DNA of 41,892 nt from Nocardioides sp. (lineage in GTDB: Bacteria > Actinomycetota > Actinomycetes > Propionibacteriales > Nocardioidaceae). The position numbers and the translations under genes are program-made. The notes below the pieces were generated by a model, which made no database searches, was not told where the DNA came from, and worked only from the letters and a program-made list of their open reading frames with translations. Shown here piece after piece: positions 1 through 11,358 of the stretch; within the stretch, counting starts at the first letter, position 1, and the number at the start of each line of letters is the position of its first letter. The stretch is from contig JBAUWM010000010.1 of NCBI GenBank assembly GCA_049583775.1, forward strand, positions 1 to 41,892, given 5' to 3'.

Positions 1-1692
<1,692 letters not shown>

Positions 1693-1793
1693 GCCAACGA
1701 TAAGCGTGCGGCGCGCTGCCGGGCGTGCCAAGATCGTTTCAATCTCCCCTATGCGACTCACCTCGCCAGACCGATGTCTCGGAGGGCCTTCGG

Positions 1794-4700
1794 ATGCCTC
1801 AGCGGTGCGCCGGCTGCAGCCAGGAGAGCCCTGACGGCGCCAAGTTCTGCCTGGAGTGTGGCGCAGCCTTTGGCCGCTCATGCCCCACGTGCGGGCACCC
1901 GGCGACGGCCGGCAAGTTCTGCATGGAATGCGGCGCTGCGCTGAGCGCACCCGCCGACCATCGACCCGGGGCGACCGCGCCCGTTGCCAAGCAGCCCGGA
2001 GGGCCGATCTCGGAACGGCGGACCACCACGGTTCTTTTCGGAGACCTCGTCGCCTTCACCACGCTGTCTGAGACTCGTGACCCAGAAGAAGTCCGCGAGT
2101 TGCTCAGTGCTTACTTCGCCGTCGCGCGCACTGTGGTGGGTCGCTATGGCGGCACCATCGAGAAGTTCATCGGCGACGCCGTCATGGCTGTGTGGGGTGT
2201 GCCCGTCTCACACGAGGACGACGCCGAGCGAGCTGTCCGGGCCGGACTGGACCTCGTGGCTGAAGTGATTGCACTGGGGGAGCGGGTCGGCGCTCCACAG
2301 CTGTCGATGCGCGTCGGGATCACGACTGGTTCGGTCGCCGTGACCCTGGGTGCCGTGAACGAAGGAATGGTGGCCGGCGACGCGGTCAACACCGCGGCCA
2401 GGGTGCAGACCGCAGCCAGCCCAGGCAACGTGTGGGTCGACCAGGAGACCCGAGGCCTGACCGCGGCCGCCGTCGCGTTCACCGACATGGGCGAGCACGA
2501 CATGAAGGGCAAGGAGCTGCCAGCCCGGCTCTTCCGCGCCGACGCGATTGTCGCGGCCGTCGGTGGGGCACAGCGAGTTGACGGTCTCGAAGCTCCGATG
2601 GCCGGTCGAGAAGTCGAGATGCGCCGGGTCCGCGAGGCATTCCACGCCACCGAGGAAGACGGCCGATCGCGAATTGTGATCGTGACTGGGCAGCCAGGCG
2701 TTGGGAAGTCACGACTCGGTTGGGAGTTCGAGAAGTACGCGGACGGATTGCAAGATCCGTTGCGTTGGCATCGAGGACGATGTCTCTCCTACGGTGACGG
2801 CGTCGCCTACTGGGCTTTCGCCGACATGATGCGCGCGCGCCTGGGCATTCAGGAGGCCGACGACCGAGCCACGATCGACGCCAAGATTCGCCAAGGAGTC
2901 GAGACTTTCGCCGCCGGGGAAGCGACGTGGCTGGCTCCTAGGATGGCGGCGCTCCTGACCGGGGAGGGTGGGTTCGATCGCACCGATCTCTTCGCTGCGT
3001 GGACGACCTTTCTCGACCGGCTCTCCGGCGACGAGCCGCTCGTGCTGCTCTTCGAGGACACCCAGCATGCTGACAGCGGACTGCTCGACCTGATCGAGCA
3101 CCTGCTCGAGGCGAGTCGAGCGCGCCTCTACGTGCTGGTGCTCACTCGGCCCGAGCTGCTCGACCGGCGTCCCGCGTTGGCCACCGGCAAGCGAGCGACC
3201 GTGGTGGAGCTGCAGCTCCTGCCGGACGTGGCCATGGCCCCCGTGGTCGACGGCCTGGTTGCCGAGCTTCCTGCCGACGCGCGAGCCGCAATCGTGGGCC
3301 GCGCCGAAGGGGTGCCCCTGTACGCCGTGGAGACGGTGCGCTCCCTCATCGACCGGGACGCGGTGGTAGCCCGTGACGGCCGCTACGTCTTCGTCGACCA
3401 CGACCACACGCTGGTCGACCTCGACCAGCTGCGGGCCCCCACCAGCCTGCAGACCCTCATCGCGGCCCGTCTCGACATCCTGACGCCGGCCGAGCGGCGC
3501 GTGGTGCAGGACGCCAGTCTCTTCGGCATGTCGTTTCGCCAGTCGTCGCTGCTGGCCCTGTCGGACATGAATGTCTACGAGCTCGAGGCAACGCTGGCTG
3601 CGCTCGTGCGCAAGGACGTCTTCGAGCAGGCCACCGACCTGCGCGGCGCCGAACCTGGCCACTACCGTTTCCTGCAGGCACTCGTGCGCGAGGTTGCCTA
3701 CGAGACGGTGGCCCGCAAGGACCGGAAGGCTCGGCACCTTGCCGTGGCAGCCCACCTGGAGCAGGAGGCAGACGCCGCCGCGGCCGCCGGCATCGTGGCG
3801 CTGCACCTGCGCGACGCGTGGAACGTGAGCAGCACGAACGACCCCGATCGCGACGAGATCGCCGCTCGAGCCCGCGACTGGTTGGTGCGCGCAGCCGAGC
3901 GGGCCGAGTCCTTGGGCTCCAGTGACGAGGCGATGACCTGCCTGCTATCGGCCCTCGAGCTGCCGGCAGCCCCGCGCGAGCGAGCTGAGTTGTTGGAAAG
4001 GGCCAGCCGCGCCGCCCTTCTTGCCGGGTTGCCGGCACGTGCGGAGGAACTCGGCAGCCAGGCCGTGCACACCTACGAGTCCATCGACCTCCCCCCGGCT
4101 CTCGCTCGAAGCTTGCTCGTCCAAGGCAAGGCCGTGATGGCGCTCGGACGCAATGAGGACGCGACTGAGCTGATCAACCGGGCACACGAGTTGGCCCAAG
4201 GACACCCGGACGTCGAGCCGGCTACGAAGCTGCAGCTCCTGTCAGCGCTGGCAACCCTCACGCGAGTGCGCGGCGACCTGGCGGCACAGATGAACTGGGC
4301 GACCCAGCAGATGCGACTGGCCGAGGAGCTCGCCGACCCCGCCGAGATCGTGAGTGCCCTGAATGGTCTGGCGATCGTGCTGCTCGACGAGGGTTCACCC
4401 TCGGCCTACTTCGCCCTGCTGGAGCGGTGCGTCAGCATCGCCCGCGAGAACCGGCTGCTCGACCACCTGGGCCGCAGCCTGTCGAACCTGAACTCAGAGG
4501 CCTACGCCGACGATCTGGTGAGGGCGGCCCTGCTCGCCGAGGAATCGATCGCTGTGCAACGCCAGGTCGGAAACGCGGCCTACCTCGAATTCGCCATCGC
4601 CAACGCCGGATTCACGTGGTGGCTCAAGGGTGACTGGGACCTCGTGGTGGAGAACGTCGGGGGGTGGTTGGACGAGCAGGAGGCCACCAGCTTCAGCTGC

Positions 4701-5315
4701 TCCCTCGCGCTCACCCGCCTGCTGGTGGCTCAGGCGCGCGGCGAGGTGAGACCCCCATTTGTTCCGATCGAGTCCGACTCGCTCTATGAGGTCCACACCA
4801 TCGAGCTGGTCAAGGCCCTGCACCAATCGGCGGCACAAGGGTCGGTGCTGTCGGTGGCGGAGGTCGCCGCTTCCAGCAGGGCGCTGGTCCACGACGCGGA
4901 GAATCTCGAGGACTTCGAGATCTTGTGGTCGACCACGGTCGAGCTGCACCTGACTGCCGGGGAGCTGGAGGAAGCGGCGCAGTTGCTGACCCTCGCCGAC
5001 GCGATGCCGGGCGGACGCAGTCGCCGACTGACGCGCGGGGAACGAGCTCGGCTCACTGGTCTCCTCGCGCTGGCCCGTGGTGAGGATCCCGAGGCAGAAC
5101 TCCGTGCGGCCGAGGAGATCTACGCCGAGTACGGCGCGCCGTTCCTGCTGGCGCGCACCCGGCTCAGCCTGGGTCAGTGGCTCCATGCGCAGGGTCGCGC
5201 TCTCGAGGCCGAGTCCCTCCTGCGGGAGGCTCGTGACGCCTTCGTCCAGCTGCGAGCCGTACCGTGGGTGGAGGCCGTCGACGCGATCACGTCTCAGGTG
5301 CTGCTCGAGCGATAG
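1794..5315 (+). CDS. Double zinc ribbon + class III adenylate/guanylate cyclase + AAA/STAND ATPase + helical (TPR-like) repeat protein
   Basis: Four CxxC motifs (CAGC, CLEC, CPTC, CMEC); cyclase motifs LFGDLVAFT, EKFIGDAVM, GDAVNTAAR; Walker A GQPGVGKS; Walker B LLFED; Ala/Leu-rich helical C-terminus. GGAGG at 1781-1785 supports ATG 1794. Confidence 0.9.
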   Translation: MPQRCAGCSQESPDGAKFCLECGAAFGRSCPTCGHPATAGKFCMECGAALSAPADHRPGATAPVAKQPGGPISERRTTTVLFGDLVAFTTLSETRDPEEVRELLSAYFAVARTVVGRYGGTIEKFIGDAVMAVWGVPVSHEDDAERAVRAGLDLVAEVIALGERVGAPQLSMRVGITTGSVAVTLGAVNEGMVAGDAVNTAARVQTAASPGNVWVDQETRGLTAAAVAFTDMGEHDMKGKELPARLFRADAIVAAVGGAQRVDGLEAPMAGREVEMRRVREAFHATEEDGRSRIVIVTGQPGVGKSRLGWEFEKYADGLQDPLRWHRGRCLSYGDGVAYWAFADMMRARLGIQEADDRATIDAKIRQGVETFAAGEATWLAPRMAALLTGEGGFDRTDLFAAWTTFLDRLSGDEPLVLLFEDTQHADSGLLDLIEHLLEASRARLYVLVLTRPELLDRRPALATGKRATVVELQLLPDVAMAPVVDGLVAELPADARAAIVGRAEGVPLYAVETVRSLIDRDAVVARDGRYVFVDHDHTLVDLDQLRAPTSLQTLIAARLDILTPAERRVVQDASLFGMSFRQSSLLALSDMNVYELEATLAALVRKDVFEQATDLRGAEPGHYRFLQALVREVAYETVARKDRKARHLAVAAHLEQEADAAAAAGIVALHLRDAWNVSSTNDPDRDEIAARARDWLVRAAERAESLGSSDEAMTCLLSALELPAAPRERAELLERASRAALLAGLPARAEELGSQAVHTYESIDLPPALARSLLVQGKAVMALGRNEDATELINRAHELAQGHPDVEPATKLQLLSALATLTRVRGDLAAQMNWATQQMRLAEELADPAEIVSALNGLAIVLLDEGSPSAYFALLERCVSIARENRLLDHLGRSLSNLNSEAYADDLVRAALLAEESIAVQRQVGNAAYLEFAIANAGFTWWLKGDWDLVVENVGGWLDEQEATSFSCSLALTRLLVAQARGEVRPPFVPIESDSLYEVHTIELVKALHQSAAQGSVLSVAEVAASSRALVHDAENLEDFEILWSTTVELHLTAGELEEAAQLLTLADAMPGGRSRRLTRGERARLTGLLALARGEDPEAELRAAEEIYAEYGAPFLLARTRLSLGQWLHAQGRALEAESLLREARDAFVQLRAVPWVEAVDAITSQVLLER

Positions 5316-5369
5316 TGTCGGCTGACCGTCGCAGTCCGACGGGTCGAGCACGAGCAAGGGAGTGCACCG

Positions 5370-6497
5370 GTGAAGGTCGGCGTTCCGAAGGAAGTCAAGA
5401 ACCACGAGTATCGCGTGGCTATCACGCCGATCGGCGTGCACGAGTTGACTGCCCACGGCCACGAGGTCGTCGTAGAGCAGGGAGCGGGTGTCGGCTCCTC
5501 GATCGATGACGAGGAGTACGTGGCCGCCGGTGCGACCATCGTGCCCGACGCCGATGCGGCCTGGGGCGTCGACGGCTCGATCGACCTCGTGCTCAAGGTC
5601 AAGGAACCGGTGGCTGAGGAGTACCACCGGATGCGTGAAGGGCTCACCCTCTTCACCTACTTGCACCTCGCCGCCGACAAGCCGCTGACCGAGGAGCTCC
5701 TCCGGCGCAAGGTGACCGCCATCGCCTACGAGACAGTGCAGCTGCCTTCTGGGGGACTTCCGTTGCTCTACCCGATGTCGGAGGTCGCTGGCTGCCTCGC
5801 TCCGCAGGTGGGCGCCCACTCGCTGCTCAAGGCTCAGGGCGGCCGCGGGGTGCTGATGGGTGGCGTCGGCGGCGTCGCCAACGCCAAGGTGGTCATCATC
5901 GGGGCTGGCGTCTCGGGTCAGAACGCCGCCAACATCGCCCTCGGCATGGGCGCCGACGTGACGCTCCTCGACACCGACCTCGACAAGCTGCGGATGTCGT
6001 TCTGGCGCTACAACAACCGGGTGCACGGGCTGGCGTCGTCGAAGCTGGCGATCGAGCAGCAGGTGATGGAGGCCGACATGGTGATCGGTGCGGTGCTCAT
6101 TCCCGGCGCCGCAGCTCCGAAGTTGGTGACCAACGACCTCGTGTCGCGGATGAGGCCTGGCTCGGTGCTGGTCGACATCGCGGTCGACCAGGGCGGCTGC
6201 TTCGAGGACACCCACGCCACGACCCACGACGACCCGACCTACCAGGTGCACGGCTCGACGTTCTACTGCGTCGCCAACATGCCGGGTGCCGTGCCGAACA
6301 CCTCGACCTACGCACTCACGAACGCGACGCTGCCTTACACGGTGGCGCTGGCCGACAAGGGCTGGCTCAACGCCTGCATTGACGACCGCAGCCTCGCGCT
6401 CGGACTGAACACCCACGCCGGCGACCTCACCAACGCACCCGTGGGAGAGGCCGTCGGGATCGAGGCGACGTCGCTCGACAACGTGCTGACGTCCTGA
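5370..6497 (+). CDS. ald: Alanine dehydrogenase
   Basis: MKVGVPKEVKNHEYRVA, VLKVKEP, FTYLHLAA, PMSEVAG, Rossmann GAGVSG, DQGGCFE, YCVANMPGAVP; AAGGGAG SD upstream. Confidence 0.97.
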   Translation: MKVGVPKEVKNHEYRVAITPIGVHELTAHGHEVVVEQGAGVGSSIDDEEYVAAGATIVPDADAAWGVDGSIDLVLKVKEPVAEEYHRMREGLTLFTYLHLAADKPLTEELLRRKVTAIAYETVQLPSGGLPLLYPMSEVAGCLAPQVGAHSLLKAQGGRGVLMGGVGGVANAKVVIIGAGVSGQNAANIALGMGADVTLLDTDLDKLRMSFWRYNNRVHGLASSKLAIEQQVMEADMVIGAVLIPGAAAPKLVTNDLVSRMRPGSVLVDIAVDQGGCFEDTHATTHDDPTYQVHGSTFYCVANMPGAVPNTSTYALTNATLPYTVALADKGWLNACIDDRSLALGLNTHAGDLTNAPVGEAVGIEATSLDNVLTS

Positions 6498-6515
6498 GCC
6501 GGTATCAACTTCACG

Positions 6516-7454
6516 ATGACGACCGACGAGGTGGGGCGCGCTGTGCGCACCTATCTCGACCACCTGACGGTTGAGAAGGGGTTGGCGGCCAACACGCTGT
6601 CGTCCTATCGCCGCGACCTGCGCCGCTACCGCGCCTTCCTCGCGGGGGCCGACATCGAACACCTCGACGCGGTGACCGAGTCAACCGTCTCTGCCTTCCT
6701 GATGCGGCTGCGCGAAGGGGACGGCGACCACCCGCCGCTGAGCGCCACGTCTGCTGCGCGGACGGTCGTGGCGGTGCGCGGCTTCCATAAGTTCGCGGTC
6801 GCTGACGGTTGGCTCGCCCACGACCCGGCGTCGGGGGTCCGGCCCCCCACTCCGGCCAAGCGACTGCCGAAGGCGCTGCCGCTGAGTGACGTCGAGGCGA
6901 TCCTGGACGCCGCAGGCGCCCCCGGCACGACCTTGGCCCTGCGCGACCGCGCTCTGCTCGAAGTGCTCTATGGAACCGGGGCCAGGATCTCCGAGGCGGT
7001 CGGCCTGGACGTCGACGACCTCGACGCGGTCGACGGGACGGTGCTGCTGCGCGGCAAGGGTGGCAAGGAACGCATCGTGCCGGTGGGGTCCTACGCCCGG
7101 GAGGCGGTGGATGCCTACCTCGTGCGCGGACGACCCGAACTGGTGTCGGTGTCGTCGGCGGCGAGCATCGGCGGGGCGCTCTTTCTCAACGCCCGCGGTG
7201 GCCGACTCTCGCGACAGTCGGCCTGGTCGGTGCTGACCAAGGCTGCTGACCGTGCGGGGGTCACGCGCGACGTCTCCCCGCACACGCTGCGGCACTCGTT
7301 CGCCACGCACTTGCTGGACGGCGGCGCCGATGTGCGGGTCGTCCAGGAGTTGCTCGGTCACGCGTCGGTGACCACGACCCAGGTGTACACGTTGGTGACG
7401 GTCGACAACTTGCGCGAGGTATTCGCGACCGCTCACCCCCGAGCGAGGGAGTGA
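6516..7454 (+). CDS. xerD: Site-specific tyrosine recombinase XerD
   Basis: Catalytic R-K-HxxR-H-Y set (GARISE, GKGGKER, HTLRH, LLGH, TQVYT), N-terminal [16 protein letters not shown], and housekeeping position between ald and parA. Confidence 0.95.
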   Translation: MTTDEVGRAVRTYLDHLTVEKGLAANTLSSYRRDLRRYRAFLAGADIEHLDAVTESTVSAFLMRLREGDGDHPPLSATSAARTVVAVRGFHKFAVADGWLAHDPASGVRPPTPAKRLPKALPLSDVEAILDAAGAPGTTLALRDRALLEVLYGTGARISEAVGLDVDDLDAVDGTVLLRGKGGKERIVPVGSYAREAVDAYLVRGRPELVSVSSAASIGGALFLNARGGRLSRQSAWSVLTKAADRAGVTRDVSPHTLRHSFATHLLDGGADVRVVQELLGHASVTTTQVYTLVTVDNLREVFATAHPRARE

Positions 7455-10039
7455 TGGCACTCGACTTCGATGCCGTCTACGACGACATCACTGCCTACGC
7501 CGTCTCTCGCGGTCTCGAGCTCTATCCGCACCAGGACGAAGCGGTGCTGGAAGTGCTGGCCGGCAACAACGTCGTACTGGCCACCCCCACCGGGTCAGGC
7601 AAGTCGCTGGTGGCCGTCGGTGCCCACAAGGCAGCCCTTGCCGACGACCGGGTGTCGTTCTACACCGCGCCGATCAAGGCGCTGGTGAGCGAGAAGTTCT
7701 TCGACCTGTGTCAGGTCTTCGGGGCCGAACACGTGGGCATGCTGACCGGCGATGCGTCGGTTAATGCCGACGCGCCGATCATCTGCTGCACCGCCGAGGT
7801 GCTGGCCAACATCGCTCTGCGTGAAGGCGCGGCGGCCGATGTCGGCCTGGTGGTGATGGATGAGTTCCACTTCTACGCCGAGCCAGACCGGGGCTGGGCC
7901 TGGCAGCTGCCGCTGCTGGCTCTGCCGCAGGCTCAATTCGTGCTCATGTCGGCCACCTTGGGCGACGTCAGTGAGTTGGCGGCCGACCTGACGCGTCGCA
8001 ATGGTCGCGAGACCGCGGTGATCGACCAGGCTGAACGCCCGGTGCCGCTCACCTTCACGTGGGCCTTGACACCGCTGGGGGAGACGCTCGAGGAGATCAT
8101 CACCACCCACCAGGCTCCGGTCTACGTGGTGCACTTCACGCAGAAGGACGCCGTCGAGCAGGCGACGTCGCTGCTCAACGCAAAGCTGGGGCTCACTGTT
8201 GCCGACGAGCTCAAGGAGCGGCTCGCTGGCGTGCGCTTCGGGGCTGGGTTCGGCAAGACGCTCTCGAAGCTGCTGCGCAAGGGAATCGGCGTCCACCACG
8301 CCGGGATGCTGCCGCGCTATCGCCGGTTGGTCGAACAGCTCGCTCAGGCGGGTCTGCTCACCGTGATCTGCGGCACCGACACCCTCGGCGTCGGCATCAA
8401 CGTGCCGATCCGCACCGTCCTGTTCACCGGACTCGCCAAGTTCGACGGCACCAAGTCACGCATCCTGCGCACGCGAGAGTTCCTGCAGATCGCCGGCCGG
8501 GCTGGCCGGGCCGGGTACGACACGGCGGGATACGTGGTCGTCCAGGCGCCCGAGCACGTGATCGAGAACGAGAAGGCCAAGGCAAAGGCCGACGCGAAGA
8601 ACGCGGCCATGAGTGTCGAGAAGCAGGCCAAGCGCAAGAGCAAGGCCCAACTGCGCAAGCCACCCGAAGGCACCGTGGTCTGGACCGAGCAGACCTTCGA
8701 CAAGCTGGTCGCGGGAGTCCCTGAGCAGCTGGTCTCGCGGATGCGCGTCGACAACTCGATGCTCGTCAACGTGCTCTCGCGCGAGGAGGACGCGTTCGCG
8801 GTGCTGCGCGGGCTCTTGCTCGACAACCACGAGCCGCGGCGCCAACAGCTCAAGCTGGCCCGGCGTGCGCTGCGACTGGCGCGGAGCCTGGTGCAATCGG
8901 GCACGGTGGTGCGGCTGTCCGAACCCGACGACGTTGGCCGGCGCTACGTGCTCGCCCCCGACGTGTCAGACGACTTCGCGCTGAATCAGCCGCTCTCACA
9001 CTTCGCGCTGGCCGCGCTGGACGTGCTCGACCCTGAGGCCGACGAACACACCTCGGACATCGTCTCGGTGGTCGAGGCGACCCTGGAGGCGCCGCGTCAG
9101 ATTCTCTTCGCCCAACAACGCGCCGCCCGGGGCGAGGCGATTGGCGAGATGAAGGCCGACGGCATCGAGTACGAGGAACGGATGGTCCTGCTCGACCAGG
9201 TGACCTGGCCGCAGCCGCTGGCTGAGCTGCTCGAGGCGACCTACGAGATCTATCGCCAGTCGCACCCCTGGCTACCCGAGGACGCGTTGGACCCGAAGTC
9301 GGTCGTGCGCGAGATCTACGAGCAGGGCATGAGCTTCACCGACTTCGTGTCGCGCTATGACCTCGCCCGGTCGGAAGGCCTGGTGCTGCGCTACCTGACC
9401 GACGCCTACCGCGCGTTGCGCCAGACGGTGCCGGACACCCATCGCACCCCTGAGCTGGAAGACCTGCTCGACTGGCTGGGGGAGACGATCCGTCAGACGG
9501 ACTCGTCGCTGCTCGATGAGTGGGAGGCCCTCAACGATCCCGACCACGCATCCCGCTCGGTGCTCGAGAACGAGCCGCCCACGTCACCGAGGCCGATCTC
9601 GAAGCAGGACCGTGCGTTCCGGGTGATGGTTCGCAACGCCATGTGGCGACGAGTCGACCTGGTGGCGCGCGACGACCTCGACGGGCTGATGCGGTTGGAG
9701 CGGGACGCTGCCGACCGGCTCGAGCCTCCGCGTGAGGTGGTGATGACGCGTTCGGTGTGGGACGCCGGCATCGAGGCCTACTACGCGCAGCACGACTCGG
9801 TGCTCACCGATGGTGACGCCCGAGGACCCGACCTGATGCGAATCGAGGGAGAGACTGGCGAGCCAGCCGGTGCCGCTGAGGGTACGACTGCTCGGCTGTG
9901 GCGAGTGACCCAGACGATCGCCGACCCGGCGGGCGACCGAGACTGGGTGATCGAGGCGCTGGCTGACCTCGATGCCTCCGACGAGTGCGGTGAGCTCGTG
10001 CTCGCCACCGTGGCGATGCGGTGCCTCACCGACCTCTGA
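7454..10039 (+). CDS. Ski2-like SF2 DEAD/DEAH helicase with DUF3516-type C-terminus
   Basis: Motifs TGSGKS, PIKAL, DEFH, SAT, HHAG, TDTLGVGIN and QIAGRAGR; ATG overlaps the xerD stop (TGATG). Confidence 0.9.
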   Translation: MALDFDAVYDDITAYAVSRGLELYPHQDEAVLEVLAGNNVVLATPTGSGKSLVAVGAHKAALADDRVSFYTAPIKALVSEKFFDLCQVFGAEHVGMLTGDASVNADAPIICCTAEVLANIALREGAAADVGLVVMDEFHFYAEPDRGWAWQLPLLALPQAQFVLMSATLGDVSELAADLTRRNGRETAVIDQAERPVPLTFTWALTPLGETLEEIITTHQAPVYVVHFTQKDAVEQATSLLNAKLGLTVADELKERLAGVRFGAGFGKTLSKLLRKGIGVHHAGMLPRYRRLVEQLAQAGLLTVICGTDTLGVGINVPIRTVLFTGLAKFDGTKSRILRTREFLQIAGRAGRAGYDTAGYVVVQAPEHVIENEKAKAKADAKNAAMSVEKQAKRKSKAQLRKPPEGTVVWTEQTFDKLVAGVPEQLVSRMRVDNSMLVNVLSREEDAFAVLRGLLLDNHEPRRQQLKLARRALRLARSLVQSGTVVRLSEPDDVGRRYVLAPDVSDDFALNQPLSHFALAALDVLDPEADEHTSDIVSVVEATLEAPRQILFAQQRAARGEAIGEMKADGIEYEERMVLLDQVTWPQPLAELLEATYEIYRQSHPWLPEDALDPKSVVREIYEQGMSFTDFVSRYDLARSEGLVLRYLTDAYRALRQTVPDTHRTPELEDLLDWLGETIRQTDSSLLDEWEALNDPDHASRSVLENEPPTSPRPISKQDRAFRVMVRNAMWRRVDLVARDDLDGLMRLERDAADRLEPPREVVMTRSVWDAGIEAYYAQHDSVLTDGDARGPDLMRIEGETGEPAGAAEGTTARLWRVTQTIADPAGDRDWVIEALADLDASDECGELVLATVAMRCLTDL

Positions 10040-10128
10040 GTCAGGGCTGAGGTTGCCACCCCGCGCAACATTGAGCTGCTGCCTTGGCCCCGAGCGACCA
10101 CGGGCCCGCCGGACGAGAGCGACGCTGG

Positions 10129-10203
10129 CGATTCCACAGGTTCGTGCACAGGTCGTGGCTTACCTGTGGGTTCGCCGCGCACCGATTCCACACTCTCTCA
10201 ACA
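10129..10203. promoter_or_regulatory. Cluster of five degenerate DnaA-box-like 9-mers upstream of parA
   Basis: GATTCCACA 10130-10138, TCGTGCACA 10142-10150, TGTGGGTTC (reverse) 10165-10173, GATTCCACA 10184-10192 and CTCTCAACA 10195-10203, compared with the actinobacterial consensus TTGTCCACA. Confidence 0.4.
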
Positions 10204-10284
10204 GATTTGAGCCAGATCTGGGAATTTTCGCTCCGATGCTGTGCGTACTCGTGGCGGGTCCTAGGCTCGCCCGGCGAGTCGTCC

Positions 10285-10306
10285 CAATGTCGTCGTGTCG
10301 ACATTG
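10285..10306. promoter_or_regulatory. Palindromic operator-like site downstream of a TAGGCT -10 (10262-10267) in the parA leader
   Basis: CAATGTCG-N6-CGACATTG perfect 8-bp inverted repeat. Confidence 0.4.
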
Positions 10307-10365
10307 TTGACTGAGGTGATCAGCGCGCCGGGCGCGGTCACGAGGCAAGAACCCAGGGAGCAGTC

Positions 10366-11358
10366 ATGAGTGACGGAACAGTCGTGGGGGCAGGATCTAG
10401 TGCACCGCAGATGCCTCCACGGGCGCAGATGCCGATGGCAGCATCCGGGATTTCGGTGACCGACAGCGAGGAGCTGGCCACCACGCTGCCGTTCGAGCGG
10501 CCAGAGCGTCCAGCCGGCAAGCTCGGCCCGACGGGTCGGCCCATGCCTGATCTGCCCGACCCGGCACCGATCACCACGCGCGGGCGCGCCCGAGTGGTCT
10601 CGATGTGCAACCAGAAGGGTGGCGTCGGCAAGACGACGACCACGATCAACCTGGGAGCTTCTCTCGCGGAGTATGGCCGCAGGGTGCTGCTGGTCGACTT
10701 CGACCCGCAGGGGTCGCTCTCGGTCGGGCTTGGCCTCAACCCGCACGAGATGGACCTCACGATCTACAACCTGCTGATGGACCGTGACGTGAAGGTCGAG
10801 GACGTCGTCGTTCCCTCGGGCGTGCCCGGGATGGACCTGTTGCCGTCCAACATCGACCTGTCCGCCGCCGAGGTGCAGCTGGTGCACGAGGTGGCGCGCG
10901 AGCAAACCCTCCAGCGGGTGCTGGCCGGCGCGCTCGACTCTTACGACGTGATCCTGATCGACTGCCAGCCATCGTTGGGTCTGCTGACGGTCAACGCCCT
11001 CACCGCCTCCGACGGCGTGATCGTGCCGCTGGAGTGCGAGTACTTCGCGTTGCGCGGCGTGGCGCTGCTGAAGACCACCATCGACAAGGTGCGCGAGCGA
11101 CTGAACCCGCGCCTCGAGATCGAGGGTGTGCTCGGAACGATGTATGACGGCCGGACGCTGCACGGGCGCGAGGTCATGGAGCGGCTCGTGCAGGCCTGGG
11201 GCGACAAGGTGTTCCACACCGTCATCCGCCGCACGGTCAAGTTCTCCGACTCCACGGTGGCGGGGGAGCCCATCACGACCTACGCCAGCACCTCGACGGG
11301 CGCCGATGCCTACCGTCAGCTCGCCAAGGAGGTGTGCGCTCGATGGCACGTCGAGTGA
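10366..11358 (+). CDS. ParA/Soj-family ATPase (orphan, PldP/Rv1708-like)
   Basis: Deviant Walker A NQKGGVGKTTT, LLVDFDPQG and DCQPSLGLLT; upstream of scpAB. Exact start uncertain (GGGAG SD before ATG 10366). Confidence 0.92.
   Translation: MSDGTVVGAGSSAPQMPPRAQMPMAASGISVTDSEELATTLPFERPERPAGKLGPTGRPMPDLPDPAPITTRGRARVVSMCNQKGGVGKTTTTINLGASLAEYGRRVLLVDFDPQGSLSVGLGLNPHEMDLTIYNLLMDRDVKVEDVVVPSGVPGMDLLPSNIDLSAAEVQLVHEVAREQTLQRVLAGALDSYDVILIDCQPSLGLLTVNALTASDGVIVPLECEYFALRGVALLKTTIDKVRERLNPRLEIEGVLGTMYDGRTLHGREVMERLVQAWGDKVFHTVIRRTVKFSDSTVAGEPITTYASTSTGADAYRQLAKEVCARWHVE

Noticed and set aside
4494..6662. 722-aa minus-strand ORF antisense to ald, the cyclase end and the xerD start
   Set aside because: Shadow ORF from GC-rich codon bias; no recognisable motifs, and the plus strand encodes clear proteins.
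6516..7454. Tyrosine recombinase as a phage/island integrase
   Set aside because: Sequence and core synteny match housekeeping XerD; it is 10 kb from the tRNA and has no att context.
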